A stretch of DNA of 64,000 bases from Octopus vulgaris (lineage: Eukaryota), in contig OX597832.1 of the NCBI GenBank assembly GCA_951406725.2, positions 8,928,001 to 8,992,000 on the forward strand, written 5' to 3'. Of the stretch, positions 1 through 14,454 are shown piece after piece; the stretch's first letter is position 1; every line of letters starts with the position of its first letter. Below the pieces are notes generated by a model. It searched no databases and was not told the origin of the DNA. It saw only the letters and a program-made list of their open reading frames with translations. Both the position numbers and the translations under genes were made by a program.

Positions 1-729
1 TCATATGCTGCACAGAGGCTATCTTCTTCGTGTAGCTTCGTTGGATCGCCTCAAGTTCTGTGATCAACTTGACACTGGATGGTGACCATAGCTGAAAGCA
101 ATAGTCAAAGTGGCTTAGGACAAGTGTCTTCCAGAGGACCATCATGGTTTCTTGTTCTCTTGTTCTAAAGGTTCTAAGAATCCAGCCAGCCAGCCGTCTA
201 CATTTCATTGCCAGTTTAGCAACATGTACATGAAAGGTCGCGTCATCACTCATGTGAATACCCAGGTCACGCACTGATTGTGCCTTTGGGATTGCAATTC
301 CTCCGGGTCCAGTGTATTCATTGGGTATTGCATTCAGTTTTGCATGCTGATAGTATAAAGCTTGAAACTTTTCAGCATTGAACTGCATGCTATTCTTTTC
401 AGCCCACTTGTATATTTCGTCCAGCTCACATTGCAGGTGCTTAGTGTCTTCAGGGTTATGTATTGCCTGTGAAACTTTTGTATCATCTGCATAACTTGTG
501 ATCGTGGCTCTCTGCGTGGCTGAGGGCATGTCTGAGAGGGCCATTATGAACAGTAGTGGTCCCAAAACAGTGCCCTGCGGAACACCACTCACTATTTGGC
601 TGCTACCACCTGACTTCTATTCTTCAGAAAGTCATGAAGCCATTCTCCCAATTTTCCAACTATGCCAAGATCACGCAGTTTGTGACATATCATTCCATGA
701 TCGACTTTATCAAAAGCCTTTGCAAAGTA
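1..729 (-). mobile_element. CR1/L2/Jockey-group LINE reverse transcriptase fragment (runs off the window start)
   Basis: The minus strand translates to FAKAFDKVDHG...WLHDFLKNRSQ, a frameshift/deletion near 600, then SGVPQGTVLGPLLF...SYADDTK...W...MQFNAEK...VRDLGI...YCFQLWSP. These are canonical non-LTR RT motifs. Confidence 0.9.
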
Positions 730-1090
730 TATTCATTTTATTGTAAATACAAAACGACAACACAGAGGAATAGACGTAAGCTTAAAATAATAAACTGCGA
801 TAGATGAACCACGATGTGGCGTTGGATTATTGTAGACAGAAAATAAGCAGAAACCTATACGGAAATCCATTGAACACAATCAAACACACATGCATACACA
901 AACAGACAGGCAGACAGACACACAAACGTGTGCGCGGAGTCGGTGCAGCATTAGGAATCCAACATTTCCGTCGCGATTACTTATTTGTTTTAGAGATGTT
1001 TAATCCAAGAACCGCACAGTCTATGATGGTTGATAAAGTCTACTGAAATTGCTGAAAATAATTCCTCACGCATACCTGTATACAAACGAA

Positions 1091-1190
1091 AGCAACTAGT
1101 AAAATATAAAATAATTACAAAAGAGATATGCAATGTTCAAAGCAACTAGTAAAATATTTAGCAATTACGAAATAGATATGCAATGTTCAA
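1091..1190. repeat. ~50-bp tandem duplication
   Basis: agcaactagtaaaatat...agatatgcaatgttcaa occurs twice in tandem with a few substitutions. Confidence 0.8.
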
Positions 1191-2276
1191 TGGATAAATG
1201 TCATATAAATGTTAGACAAATTATGCTTATATTGTCCATGGCACAGTATTTTAAATATTAAATGAATATCTGCTATGAAATCCTTTGTGAAATGCGACTG
1301 ATTCTTATTTAAAGTCCTATTGTGTGCTTCCTAATACTGAAAATGTAAATGAATTATATTCATACTGATTTTTGTATCATAGATCTGACAGTGACATCAG
1401 AGACAAAACAACTTGAAATAGATTCCTTTTATCAGTAAATGAAACATAATTTAATGGATTCTTCATATCAGTTGACGAATCCTTGCCAAGTAGATGTCAT
1501 CGCTCTGTTTCAGCTCCCAAGGTCGATATGATCTAAACGTTACCAATGAAGAAAATATTCTATAGCTCTCAAGTATTTCCGTAACTCTTACTTTACATAG
1601 ATCGAGCTATCCGAAGATATGCATATTGACAATGATCCTGTGACGGCTATATCGTTTCTAATAAAGATTAGGCATTCAAGCCTAGGGGAGTGTATATTTA
1701 TCGATACTGCTAGAAGTAGGCGACACATTCACTGGGAAAAGACGTCTAGGTTACATGGTTGACTTCTCGAAAAATAAGAAAAATAAGACATAATAGGGAC
1801 AGATAGCAGATATATGTTTAAAATGCTGACATCCAGTCGAGGCAAGAGTGAAATGCACCATATTTTATCTAAGAAACAAAAAAAATACGTTTTTCTTACT
1901 GTATACTGGTAGGGAAATGAAACTAATTTCGTAAAATGTATTTTACTCTGGAAGGTTTTGTGTCATCTTATTTATTAAAGAGAAGCGGGTCTCCGTCAGT
2001 CTGTCTGTCGCAATAACTATTAGAGTGTTCGAAACAAGGGGAGAAATGAAAATATATATCACAATGCATTTTTAGTAGTGGACAAGAAAAATTGTTGAGG
2101 GAGAAATACAGTGAGGAAGAAAGAAAGTGAGACAGAGGAAAAGAGAAACAGAAAGAGAGGGGGTGAGAGAGTTTGTGTGTGTGTATTGTCACATATTAAC
2201 TAACGATTTTTGATTTTAAAAATGCGCGGATCTTAAGTGCAAGACTCTCAACACAACAATGGCTTTAAAAAACGGC

Positions 2277-2280
2277 TATA

Positions 2281-2352
<72 letters not shown>
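2277..2352. repeat. (TA)n microsatellite
   Basis: Direct read. It is one of many (TA)n/(CA)n/(TACA)n tracts in the window. Confidence 0.95.
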
Positions 2353-2357
<5 letters not shown>

Positions 2358-4701
2358 ATGCAAAGAAGAAAGTACAAAAAACACAACAACGCGAGGACGC
2401 TCAGGAAAGAAGGAGGGTTTAACAGTTGCTTTGTTTTGGTTGTTTGTTTGCTTGAGTTTGTGGTGTGTGTGTGTTTCTGTCTTTCATCATATAGGGAATG
2501 CAACACAGACTTATATAAAATACTTTCAACTTGAACAATGTATGAAGGAGGTACGTGCTGTTTAAATCAAATTGCCCGAGTGTAATTTTTACCGCAATTT
2601 TAGACCAGTTACTGTCAGGTACGATGAAGGACCTGCGGTTGATGAGGGGCGCTTTTTCTTTTCTGCAAATATCCTGAACAAATGTTTTCCCACGTTAGTC
2701 GTTTAGTGCTCATATATTTTAGCAGAATAAAGTCCAATTGAGAGTCCAAGAAATTACGTTTAAATATATATCTCCATTCTATGACAGGTTTTATATCGTT
2801 GCTGATATATCAGAATAATTTTGGAAATTTTTCTTTTGCCAAACACTTGAAGACTAACGGGATGTGTAGCATTCTCAAATTCGTTCAGCTATCATACATG
2901 TTTCTGTTACGTTAACACTTCTTTGAAATGCGGGCATGATACAATGCCGTCTTTATTCTGCGCATCGCTAGTCCGACCGAAATTACAAAGTATTTGAATC
3001 AAGTGTACGTTTGTACATTTCATCAAACACTGTAACAGAGTTTTTCATTATTTCAAACTTTGATTTTGTAAGATTAACGGCAAAATTGAAGCTTTCAAAA
3101 TAAATTCTTCCTCAAAGCACGTGAGAAATAATTTGGCCTATTCTCGTGGATGAGATATTGCTTGTATCTGTTGTGACCCATACTCAAAATCACAATATCT
3201 CTTGGTGCAAATTATCCGCACTGGGAGTAAGATTACACTAATATTTAGGATTCAATATATATTTCTGTGTTTTACATATATTTTTCTTCAAAAATGATTA
3301 AAAATGATTTCCCTATGATGCATTCCGCTTTCACGCAAGTGTTGTACGAGCCGTAGGAAATGTTATTGATGTTATGAAGGAAGACTGTCTCCCACGTGAT
3401 TTTTCACTTACCAATGCAAAATCACTCAATTATATCCCAATGACGAAGAGAGCCATGACATAATACAATATTAAAGCTCATTATGGTTGTTGCAAAAACA
3501 GAAACTTCAGTATCGAATTGTATTAAGTACAACTTTAACCACGAACCTTATTTCTAGAAGAATTCAAAACACGAATTTGTTCGTACAAATTCGTCCAGAT
3601 TTTTTGGAAGCTACAAAAGTTAATTGAAATGTTGGATAGTTATATGTCATTTTACATATAAAATTGTTATTTTTGCATTACGCCTGTTATTATTTTGTCT
3701 CTTTTTGGTTCCTAATCCTATAAAGTACCTGCCCAGGATTATATTTACTGGATGACTGATCGAATGGATATGGTGGATAATTGATTGAAATGTAGATAAC
3801 AGATTATCGTCTTTAAACAGACATATATTATTTGAAGTGAATCTGACTGTATTGATAAGACAGGGAAAAATCTTTTATGGGATCTTACGTATTTTCTTTG
3901 TTATTAAAATGTAAACTACTATGGGACTTGAAGTATTTAACCGTGCTGCGAATAGTATTGTACGTATCCTTCAAGGGTTAGCAACGCATCACTGTTTTTA
4001 ATTATCCAGTTTATAATTGAAATATATTTCAAGTACTTCTCTTCTCATACTGAGAAGTAGAATTACTGGTATGTTAAAGTTAGATCACAATATACATAGG
4101 TTCAGTTTTCATATCCAGACATTAGTGAAATATCATCCACTCTTCTCATTCATATTTTTAAATGGCTAGATTCTTTCGAAATATCACACGGTCGATATTG
4201 CGTAAAAATGTTTCTATCCCACAATTTTTATCGCCGATTGTTCTTTATCTTTTACTTGCTTTTCCGAATACATATATTTAAAAAGTTTGAACACAACCTC
4301 AATTCACATTAAAATTCTCAAAAGTAGATTTATGTCAACTATAGACTGAAAACTTTTCAAGATATTCTTATATTTTATGATTCGATCAATGTAGCACAAT
4401 CCGAATTCTAGTATTATGCGTTGCAACAAATTAGCATTGATACAAGGAAAAACTTATTATCAACAGAATAAAGAAGCGCAAGTATACTGTGAATAAAGAA
4501 AGCGTAGATTTAATCGCCTGATATGAATGTGTAAAAATATATTACCCACACTTTCTTGCCAAAAAGGTCAGTTAATAGCTTCAAGTAGATATAAATCATT
4601 CTTGAAAATAATAGCTGTCCTCAGTCAAGTTCAAATTGTCTTCCACTAAATTGATGATGTTGAAGACAATTCTTCTAAGAGCGGAAAGTCGATGCGAAGA
4701 A

Positions 4702-4749
<48 letters not shown>

Positions 4750-5144
4750 AACACACATATGTATATGTACATATGTATGTATTTGTGTCTGTGTGTGTAA
4801 CTGCATGTATACGAAGACATGCCCAGACATCTACTGTACATATATTGAGTAAATTACACACAAACGCATACATATACATACATACATATATATATACATA
4901 CACACACACACTCACATATATATATATATTTACTTGACGGTTATATAGATACAATAGTTATAACAATTATTTACGAATCTTGTATCACGTCCATCTTTAG
5001 ATTTCGATATATGAAGGCACTAAATTTGAATATATTAAGATATTCATTATGCTACCTGGTAAAACGTCATACCCTACATACATGCACGCATAGATATATC
5101 AATCAATCCATCCATCCATCTGTGTGTGTACGTGTGCATGTACA

Positions 5145-5203
<59 letters not shown>

Positions 5204-5635
5204 ATCCCTCGATGAACAGGTGAAAATCCGCGAACTAGAAACAGTGCTGTGTAGGTTTTTTAATCCTTTTTATAGTTTGCATATATTTATTTCATGATAA
5301 ATGCAAACCAATACCACACACTAGCCTCTTGAGTTTCGTTCCCCATACAGTATGTGCGATTATTTGTTTACTCATCTGTGGTACACTATTTCTTTTAATA
5401 TATTATAATTCATGTATTATACAATGCAGTGCTGTACTGTATTCCTTATTTATCAATCTTATTAATTTTTAGGCATGAAAGTGCTCCTTTTACCACAAAA
5501 ATACTTACAATCTAGAAGAATATTATATTCACCCAACGGCGGAAGAAATTTGCGATATACTGAGGAGTCCGCGATATAAATCCGCGATGTACCGAGTGAG
5601 CGATCGGTGAACTGCGATATGGTGAGGGATTATTG

Positions 5636-5677
<42 letters not shown>

Positions 5678-5679
<2 letters not shown>

Positions 5680-7240
5680 TCGCTTCGATGACGAAGGGTA
5701 GGAAGACTGTTGTCCACGTCTTCTACATGCACGTTTGTGGCTTATAAGCCCGATGTAGCATCGACATATCCGATCACAGTGATGAGAGGGATACGGTTTT
5801 TCAGGGTCTCATGTTGCAGCAGCAACATCTTTTCGCCTCTGACGTCTGTCTTCGGAGAGGCAATGCAAGATATCTCAAAGGGCAAAACAACACTGCTGAT
5901 GGCATGACGCCAAGCGACGCTGTCAGCTGTTAGAGTGGCCCGTTCATAATAATCAGTGTCACAAACGCTAAGGGACTGCTTCAGGCAGTTCTTGTTACGC
6001 TTCCCTGGTACTCCACAAGTGGCCAGTGGTGGCAAGTGGTGAGTGATGAGCTCACGTACACGATGATTCCCCGATGGTCAGTGGTGATCTCACTGTACAT
6101 GATAATGTTCTGTAGGCAGTGGTCTTTCATTCTTTTAACGTGCCCTAACTAACGCAGTCTTGTCTCACAGAAAATATCTACCAGGCTGGCGACCCTTGGT
6201 CGCTCGAGGACTTCAGCTTTTGTGATGTAGTTGCTCCTGTAAATGTTGCTGAAGGTACGGATGCAGCGTTGGTGAAAAAGTTCATGAAGCCCGAGATCTT
6301 AGCAGTAGGGAACCCAGGACTCTGTACCATATAGGAACGTCGTGACAACGACGGCCCTGTAGACACTGAAGTTTGTGCTGATCTTAAGCTGCTTGTTGTG
6401 ACACACACGCTTGTACAGTCTGCCAAATGCTTTGTTTGACTTTCCAAGTTTATTGACAATTTCTCTGCTGATACACGAATCTGATGAAATGGTCCATCCA
6501 AGATAAGTGAACTGCTGTACTGTCTTCAGTTCTGTTTCGGCAATTGTAATGTGGGGTGGGCTGTCCTCTTTCTGAGGAGATGGTTGGCGTAGAGTTGGGT
6601 GGTCTCTGCAAAACAGCATGTGATGCGCTACAAGGCTGCTTCAGTGTGTGCGACAAGTGCAGTATCATCTGCAAAGAGAAGGTCTTGTATTAGTTGCTCT
6701 TGATTCTTCTTGTGGAGCTGTAGGCATCGGATGTTGAAAAGACTGCCATCCTGTAGACGCCATCGTCGGCGTTAAGGTCTGTAGTGGCTTGAACATCATG
6801 CTGAAGAGGGTAAAGAGAGTTAGTACCAGGACACAGCCTTGCATCATGCCATTTTTGATGGGAAATGCTCTGATATGTTGCTATTTAGGCAGACTTCTCG
6901 GATCGTTAGGAACGTATGGCGGGTGAGGGGAACAGCTAAATCGGTTTCGAATCTCTCACAGACCTTTCCTGTCCACAGTGTCGCACGCTTTCGGCAGATC
7001 CACAAATATTACATTTTTGGTATATACGGGGTCATCATAGTCAGCAGATGTTGGTTGGATGAGCTCCATACTGGGCTAAAACTTCAAAAGAGTGACGCAA
7101 ATCGCAAGTCCTAATTCGAACGCGTCGTGTTACGACCTGCACCTAAACCAACAGGAGAGGACGATTGCAGACGACTGAAGGTGTCTGTCGCAGTGTAAGC
7201 AGGCTGCTCTGAGTAGATGGAGATCATTAGCCAATTAGCC
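5678..7240 (-). mobile_element. Degenerate, internally deleted RTE (BovB-like) LINE
   Basis: Minus-strand peptides: QGCVLVLTLFTLFSMM, LLFADDTALVAH, VQQFTYLGWTISSD...KAFGRLYKRV...VYRAVVVTTFLYGTESW, and a C-terminal HCDRICRCYIGLISHKRAC. There are several stops and frameshifts. The 5' boundary (6900-7240) is tentative. Confidence 0.85.
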
Positions 7241-7285
<45 letters not shown>

Positions 7286-8054
7286 TTAATAGATCGATAG
7301 ATAGATACATACATAGATCGATAGATAAATACACTGATGTTTATATATAAATACATGCGCATAGACATATGTGTGTATGTCTGTGTGTAGAGAAATTGAC
7401 CGATGATGCTAGAGAGATTGAAAAATGCCTATGAGAAATTTACTAATTAAGATAAATACGCATGTTTTGAGCAGAATGTCTCTTGCAGACGTGTTCTTCT
7501 GTGAAAGAAGCATAATTTGTGAAGCTGTAAAGTAATTTCACGGTCTTCATAATTAATATGGAGAAATATAGGCGGCCAGACGTAATGTAAGTTTTAGTTA
7601 AACAGACTGTATAGAAATTATACAGATTACAGTTTCTGGAATCTGTATAATTAATTATTGACTATCAGCAACACACATATTTGGTTCTCTCTACAAAATA
7701 TGCAGTCTCGGTCGAGTGTTCAAACAGTTTGTCTGGCAGTTACGCCTTCAGTAGTTTGATCTCATTGAATGGGTTCGTGAGGAATGTTTCTTACTGTTTT
7801 GCCCCACTCGCTCATAATTCCGAAAAGGAAATTGGCTGGATGGAAACTGTAACGAATCCATCTGGATGTGCCTTAAATTTTCGTTTGCTACTAATATATC
7901 TGTTTTCTTTTGAGAGTAGAAGCTCTGTACGTCTATTCAAGTGGTATTCTCGAAACTGAATCAGTAGTTTTGTGGCTTTCTACTCTATAATTACTTGAAG
8001 AATGTTGTAAAATATTACACACATATACACACACATCTACACACAGACACACAT

Positions 8055-8446
8055 AGGAGTGGCTGTGTGGTAAGTAGCTTGCTAACCAACCACATGACTC
8101 CGGGTTCAGTCCCACTGCGTGGCATCTTGGGAAAGTGTCTTCTGCTATAGCCCCGGGCTGACCAATGCCTTGTTAGTGGATTCGGTAGAATCCTGTCGTA
8201 TATATGTATATATATATATGTATGTGTGTTTGTTTGTGTGTCTGTGTTTGTCCCCCTAGCATTGCTTGACAACCGATGCTGGTGTGTTTATGTCCACGTT
8301 ACTTAGCGGTTCGGCAAAAGAGACCGATAGAATAAGCACTGGGCTTACAAAAAGAATATGTCCCGGGGTCGAGTTGCTCGATTAAAGGCGGTGCTCCAGC
8401 ATGGCCGCAGTCAAATGACTGACACTAGTAAAAGAGTAAAAGAGTA
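8055..8446 (+). mobile_element. tRNA-derived SINE, family A (internal TA/TG microsatellite, GTAAAAGA tail)
   Basis: A-box-like tggctgtgtggt and B-box-like ggttcagtccc. It is nearly identical to the copy at 11745-12160 and has a tandem 8-bp tail. Confidence 0.9.
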
Positions 8447-9054
8447 TATATATATATATATCAGTGTGACAAAAATACCTATGTATGATATTATGTAGGA
8501 AAATTAAAGCATACTTCTGAAATAGAAAATTCGTATCTTAAGACACTGGAACCTGTACTGCTGGTAGAGCAAATACGTGAAACATTCTTGAAATAAGAAA
8601 CGTAATAATTTCATAATTATATTTCGGAGCAGAAACGACTTCAATTATTTATTCGTTCCCTTGAGGTGTTGCTTATCAAAAGACCTATTGTCAAAAGTTT
8701 TCCAGACGTAAGCATATCATCGTACTCAGTGTCATGCATTAGATTTTCCAATATAATTTTCTTTACTTCAGACAGCATGATGCGATCTGAATAAGAGTTT
8801 ACTGCTACTTCTACAAGGTTGAGTGAGCGTGTAGATGCATACTCGTTAGCTCTTTGGATTGTTATCAAAAGAAGGAATATTCTACTACGATGCTTTTGAA
8901 TGTAAACTGATAGCAAGCTCTATAATATATTGACAGTCAGATCGTTTCTAATTCCCATACCACAAAAAAAAAAAAGCATTTATATATAAGCACGCTCACA
9001 CACAAGCTTTGATACATACACTGATGTAAAAACAACTTCCATCGAATCTAATCA

Positions 9055-9075
9055 ATAATAATAATAATAATAACA

Positions 9076-9153
<78 letters not shown>

Positions 9154-9161
9154 GCAATAAT
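9055..9161. repeat. (AAT)n microsatellite
   Basis: Direct read. Confidence 0.95.
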
Positions 9162-9698
9162 AGCACTCTCAGATATATGCGTAAAAGATTTCTTTCTCTT
9201 TTTGTGCCTTTCTAATGTCACCACTCATTGGTTTGGACTCTCTATTTCTTCCCGTCTCAGAGGATTAAATTTTCAAACATTAAATCCAAGTTTGGCATTT
9301 ATTTCTATTTAACTTCATTCCTTGGTCGGATTTTATGTCGAAATAGTTAAAGTTGGGAGGAAAAAAAAAAAAAAAACAGAGAACCACGAAGAAGAAAGAA
9401 TATATATAAAAAAAAGAGAAGACAATAGCAAAAGAAGAAAAAAATAATGACCAGTAGCCAAGAGAGAATGATAGAAGTAAGGTACATTCTCTGCGTTACG
9501 TTTTATGTGGAATATCCGAAATTAATCTCGAAAATACCTCAAGATGCGTGATATAAATATTTGGGCAAATGACAACCATAAAAACCTTTACACTACACTC
9601 TAAATCTATAAAACATATTCCCAATCTTTTATTCTTCTTCAGAATATTTTTTCTTTTCATATATATTTTCTTATTTCTGTCGCTATTGTCAACTTCTC

Positions 9699-9699
<1 letters not shown>

Positions 9700-9770
<71 letters not shown>

Positions 9771-9916
9771 CATTATTATTATTATCATCATTATTATTAT
9801 TAATATTATTATTATTAGTGTTGTCATTACTGTTGTTGTTGTTGTTGTTATTATTATTATCATTATTATTATTATTATTATCATTATTATTATTAGTATC
9901 ATTATTATTATTGTTA

Positions 9917-9951
<35 letters not shown>

Positions 9952-10085
9952 GTCGTTGTCATTATTGTTGTTGTTGTTGTTATTATTATTATCATTATTA
10001 TTATTATTAGTGTTATCTATGTTAACATCGTCGACGACGTCACCGACACCGCAACAACCATTATCATTATCATCATCATTATTAT
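9700..10085. repeat. Compound (TAT/TGT/CAT)n microsatellite
   Basis: Direct read. It explains the spurious poly-Leu and poly-Ile ORFs. Confidence 0.95.
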
Positions 10086-10346
10086 TTGAGCAGTTGAGTG
10101 TGTCTCTATCTAAATTGCATGGATTAATCTCGTGTAAACTTTATGAGCAATGTTGGATAGTTGCCTACACCAAGACACATGCTAGGACCCACATACAAGA
10201 AAAACATACGCGCTTATATACACAACCGTTTCCATGTATGTATGGGCTTATGTATATACATATACGTACATAATTGCATACAAAATGTATATTTGTTACA
10301 TACGTGTGTATCTGTGCGTGTCTAGGTATATATGAATGTGCTTAAG

Positions 10347-10436
<90 letters not shown>

Positions 10437-10440
10437 TGTG

Positions 10441-10471
<31 letters not shown>

Positions 10472-10941
10472 AAATATATATAGCTTAACATCTCTAATGA
10501 GATTCTATGAAAACTTGCTTAGCTGATAGCAAGCTGGCCGTGTTGTATGAATGTAATTGAATCAAAAATACTCTGCTTTCATGATGGAGTTCTTTTCTTA
10601 TAATGGACCAGCTTATTTATCAGAACCAAATAGTACACGTATATAAATGCAGAGGGACACACACATCACGCAGAAACACATGCACTTGTACCCGCAAACG
10701 CACACACACACACAAACACACGCAACCAAACACACACACCACTGGGCGGATATTCATACCCATGTATTGACATATTTCGTACTGGCAAAGAGCGACAATA
10801 TGTATGTTAAATACCCAGTAGAGTATATATTATTTATTTAACTGGTATTTATATTAAATGTTGCGACTCTAATACAAATATTGCTCTTTATTTTCTACTT
10901 GTGACAATCATGAGCATGTGAACATGAGTATACATACTTAC

Positions 10942-10972
<31 letters not shown>

Positions 10973-11002
10973 CATGCACACAGACAGACAGACAGACAGA
11001 CA

Positions 11003-11061
<59 letters not shown>

Positions 11062-11744
11062 GTATATGAGTCGGACATTAAATGTCCGATTGTTTGTTTA
11101 CAAATATGTAATAATATGTTCTTTTTGCGCCGTTTATTTAAGCGTCTTACGTCTGGTTATCAGTTTATTGTTTGGTAAAACAGACGTTTCACCTTTGACA
11201 CTTACAGTGTATCAGGGTCAAACGATGTCCCTTTTGGCAGTTACTGGCCTCGGTTGCTGCGTTCGTAAACAGTTTCTTTGAACAGAGACATTGTCGAATC
11301 AAACGTACAAACACACATCTACTCGTTGCATACACATGAAGATAGACATTCATACGCGTGTACATGTAGATGCGCGCACATATTCACATAACATATGCAC
11401 AGGCCAGTATATAATGTAACGCTGTAACTCACTCAAAATACCACTACCATTGACATGCACGCAATTCCATCACTCTTAGTGTATAATGTGCGTGTATATA
11501 TATATATATATATATTACTAACAATATGTACAATAGCTTAATAGTATTCCTGTGAGTGAGTGTAATATTAAAAGCATTCAAGATCGCGGTTCCGTTTATA
11601 GGAATAGAATGTGTACAGACCGGTCGTTGTATTAAGTGATCCATTGCCAGCTATTATACATTTCTTGGTAATGTCATAATGTTATTGGTGTCATCCTATA
11701 TGCTGGAAAAATATCTTTGAGCCTAGCATTGCTATAGTATATAT

Positions 11745-11910
11745 AGGAGTGGTTGTGTGGTAAGTAGCTTGCTAACCAACCACATGGTTCCGGGTTCAGT
11801 CCCACTGCGTGGCATCTTGGGCAAGTGTCTTCTGCTATAGCCCCGGGCCGACCAAAGCCTTGTGAGTGGATTTGGTAGACGGAAACTGAAAGAAGCCTGT
11901 CGTATATATG

Positions 11911-11941
<31 letters not shown>

Positions 11942-12160
11942 TTGTGTGTCTGTGTTTGTCCCCCTAGCATTGCTTGACAACCGATGCTGGTGTGTTTCCG
12001 TCCCCGTCACTTAGCGGTTCGGCAAAAGAGACCGATAGAATAAGTACTGGGCTTACAAAGAATAAGTCCTGGGGTCGAGTTGCTCGACTAAAGGCGGTGC
12101 TCCAGCATGGCCGCAGTCAAATGACTGAAACAAGTAAAAGAGTAAAAGAGTAAAAGAGTA
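11745..12160 (+). mobile_element. tRNA-derived SINE, family A
   Basis: Full-length copy matching 8055-8446, flanked by TA runs. Confidence 0.9.
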
Positions 12161-12169
12161 TATATATAT

Positions 12170-12335
12170 TTAGTGAGAATTCACGAAAAAAACCCAACAA
12201 AAGACGAAGAAATGGTGGTGTAGAAAACAAACAGATGTATTAGTTTAACGCTCGGGAATCAAAACATCTTTTACATTTCGAGCCTACTCTCGCCCACAGA
12301 AAGGAACACAGAAAGAAACTAGGAGAGAAAAAAAT
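12170..12335 (-). mobile_element. Probable PLE pseudo-LTR terminus with a degenerate hammerhead-like motif
   Basis: Shares gagaattcac...gacgaaga...ggtgtaga...gatgtattagtt with 32703-32768. The minus strand reads ...gagtaggctc-GAAA-tg-TA-aaag, and it abuts (TA)n. Confidence 0.45.
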
Positions 12336-12953
12336 GTGTAGACTGTAGGGTCACACAGGAGAGCGAAGTAGTAGTGGAGATAACAAAAACGAAGGTGCGC
12401 GTGTGTATAAAGAGTACTTATATGCATGTGAAAGAGGGCTGGTGGTCTTCAAATGTGCGTGTTTGTATGTATAGGTGTGAAAATGTGGGGATATATATAT
12501 AACGGTAAAGGAAATGCCAGAGCATATGCAGTATTCGAATATATGATATATTTTGAATTTAGAAAGTATAATGGTACGAGAATATAGTGACTAGTGCTTA
12601 TGTTCGATAGTATGCGGTGTGTTATTAGCAGTCAGCCAGTATATCTCATCTGAGGCAGTTGCCGATCTGGTGATGCCGAAATATCTTAATGTATCTTTTA
12701 TTTTTTAACTGACTACTTGTGTTCAATAGTATCTGGAATAACTCTTTGGTATAAAGTGCGCAGAGACACCTGCCACTCCTGCTACGGTAAACCTATTGTA
12801 CCAATGACTATTTTTATTTATACCTTACCTTACTCATTTTCTGCTATATTATGGATATGCACCGCACGTGAGTCTTAGATCTTAAGACTATGGTCGGGGA
12901 AGAACCCATATGCATGACTTGCTGGCACGCATGCATGTATGTATGTATGTATG

Positions 12954-12984
<31 letters not shown>

Positions 12985-13349
12985 GCGTGCGCGCATGTGT
13001 GTGTGTTAGTGCGTAAGGATGCTAGTTCACTACCAGAATGTGTATGAAGTTGGGCGTCGCCATCAGTGCCTTGCACTCACCTCCTATCAGTACTTTCTTA
13101 ACTTTGATTTTCAAAAAATACACATATTAGGGTGCGTATCTAACATCGCATTGCATTTTTGCGGATAATAAAGAAGTGATTAAGATCAATTGCATAATAA
13201 TGCCGATAAGCTTGTGTAATAATGATAATCAATTTAAGGAAATACTTGCATGTTATTTGAAGTTTTAGAATACCAGGCACTTTCTCCGTGTGTTCTTTAC
13301 ACTAGCCGATCAAGGTTTGTGATCATTATCATCAAACATCTCCTGAATG

Positions 13350-14450
13350 CATTGCTATTACGTCCAGTTGTTTGATCTTCCTCGCTTCGGAAAGAGTATG
13401 GAAAAATTCCCATTAGGATGTGCAATTTAAAGTCATGCAACGTGTCCACACGTGGACTATTTGGGGATACGTCTTTTCCGATTATCCCTAAATAATAAAT
13501 GATTGACACTTTGATGTTATCCTCTAAACTTAAACCGCCGTTTAGTCCTTCTAAACATTATCGTCAAGGGCCCTAGCACGGTACAAACAACAATGGGGTC
13601 ATATCATTGAAACGTACTTTTACTGATTTCAGTTATAATAAATTTATTCCATCATTCCATACATTCCCAGTAAGTTTTCCATAGTCTTTGAAATTCCACA
13701 CATATCTCGGCATTCTTAATCCATGTGTGTGGGATGAAATCAAACGCTGTCCAGTAAGCAAAATTTGTCTTCTATTTTCACAGATACTTAGTACTGTCTC
13801 ATAAATTAGCAATGAATCTCTAGTGCACCTACAGTTTTGTTTAACACTCTTCTGCTCTTCTGAAAAATATATTATTCTCACCCAGGCATTTAAATTTCTT
13901 ACCAGCAAACAATTGTTTTTGTCATTAACTTTCACATGATATTGTTCAGAAGTTCTCGACAGCTTTCACTTTCGCCGGTCCCTTCATGCATAAGAATATT
14001 TTGCTTTTGCTCAGCAACTATCAGAACGTTAAACTGTCTTGCAATCCTTACGTGGCCCACATTAACATTTTTATCCACTAGCCCTCCAATCAGACTTGGC
14101 TTGGTGAAGTTCAGTCGCTCATACGTTCAACCCTTTCTCAAATATTCCTCTCTGTCATTATAATTTCTGACTGTTTCACACGTAAGAAGCTTTCTTCAGA
14201 CCTGTTAACCATTCAGCCATTTAATTCTGTTCTTCTCGATTACTCTAAATATTACCCCAAAACATTACACTCCTCTTCTTTTGGGAGTAGTACTTCTCTT
14301 GCAAATCCTCCATTATTTTCCAGGTAGAACTTATTTTGGTAAATCTTGCAGGGCTAGTTTTGTTGGAATTGTTTAATTCGTTGCTGATATCTTGATGTAT
14401 TTTCCTTCTTTGTGATATCGTATTGTTTTAGTTCTTTAAATACTATCAAG
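13350..14450 (-). mobile_element. Degenerate R4/Dong-like non-LTR retrotransposon RT region
   Basis: Minus-strand peptides resemble FWGNI*S...AEWL, FSEEQK...RCTRDSLLIYETVL (cf. EEQKG...GTKDQLLIDK) and PLTIMFRR...VNHLLFRDN (cf. NHLLFMDD). Confidence 0.7.
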
Positions 14451-14454
14451 AGCC

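Noticed and set aside
6481-6487. CTGATGA hammerhead box
   Set aside because: It is antisense to RTE coding sequence and has no matching stems or GAAA.
8641-8916. 91-aa non-repetitive ORF as a possible host exon
   Set aside because: No recognisable motif or consistent splice context.
9569-10273. 234-aa poly-Leu ORF, and the many YIYI/THTH/LSIY ORFs elsewhere
   Set aside because: These are translations of microsatellites that lack stop codons in some frames; there is no protein-like content.
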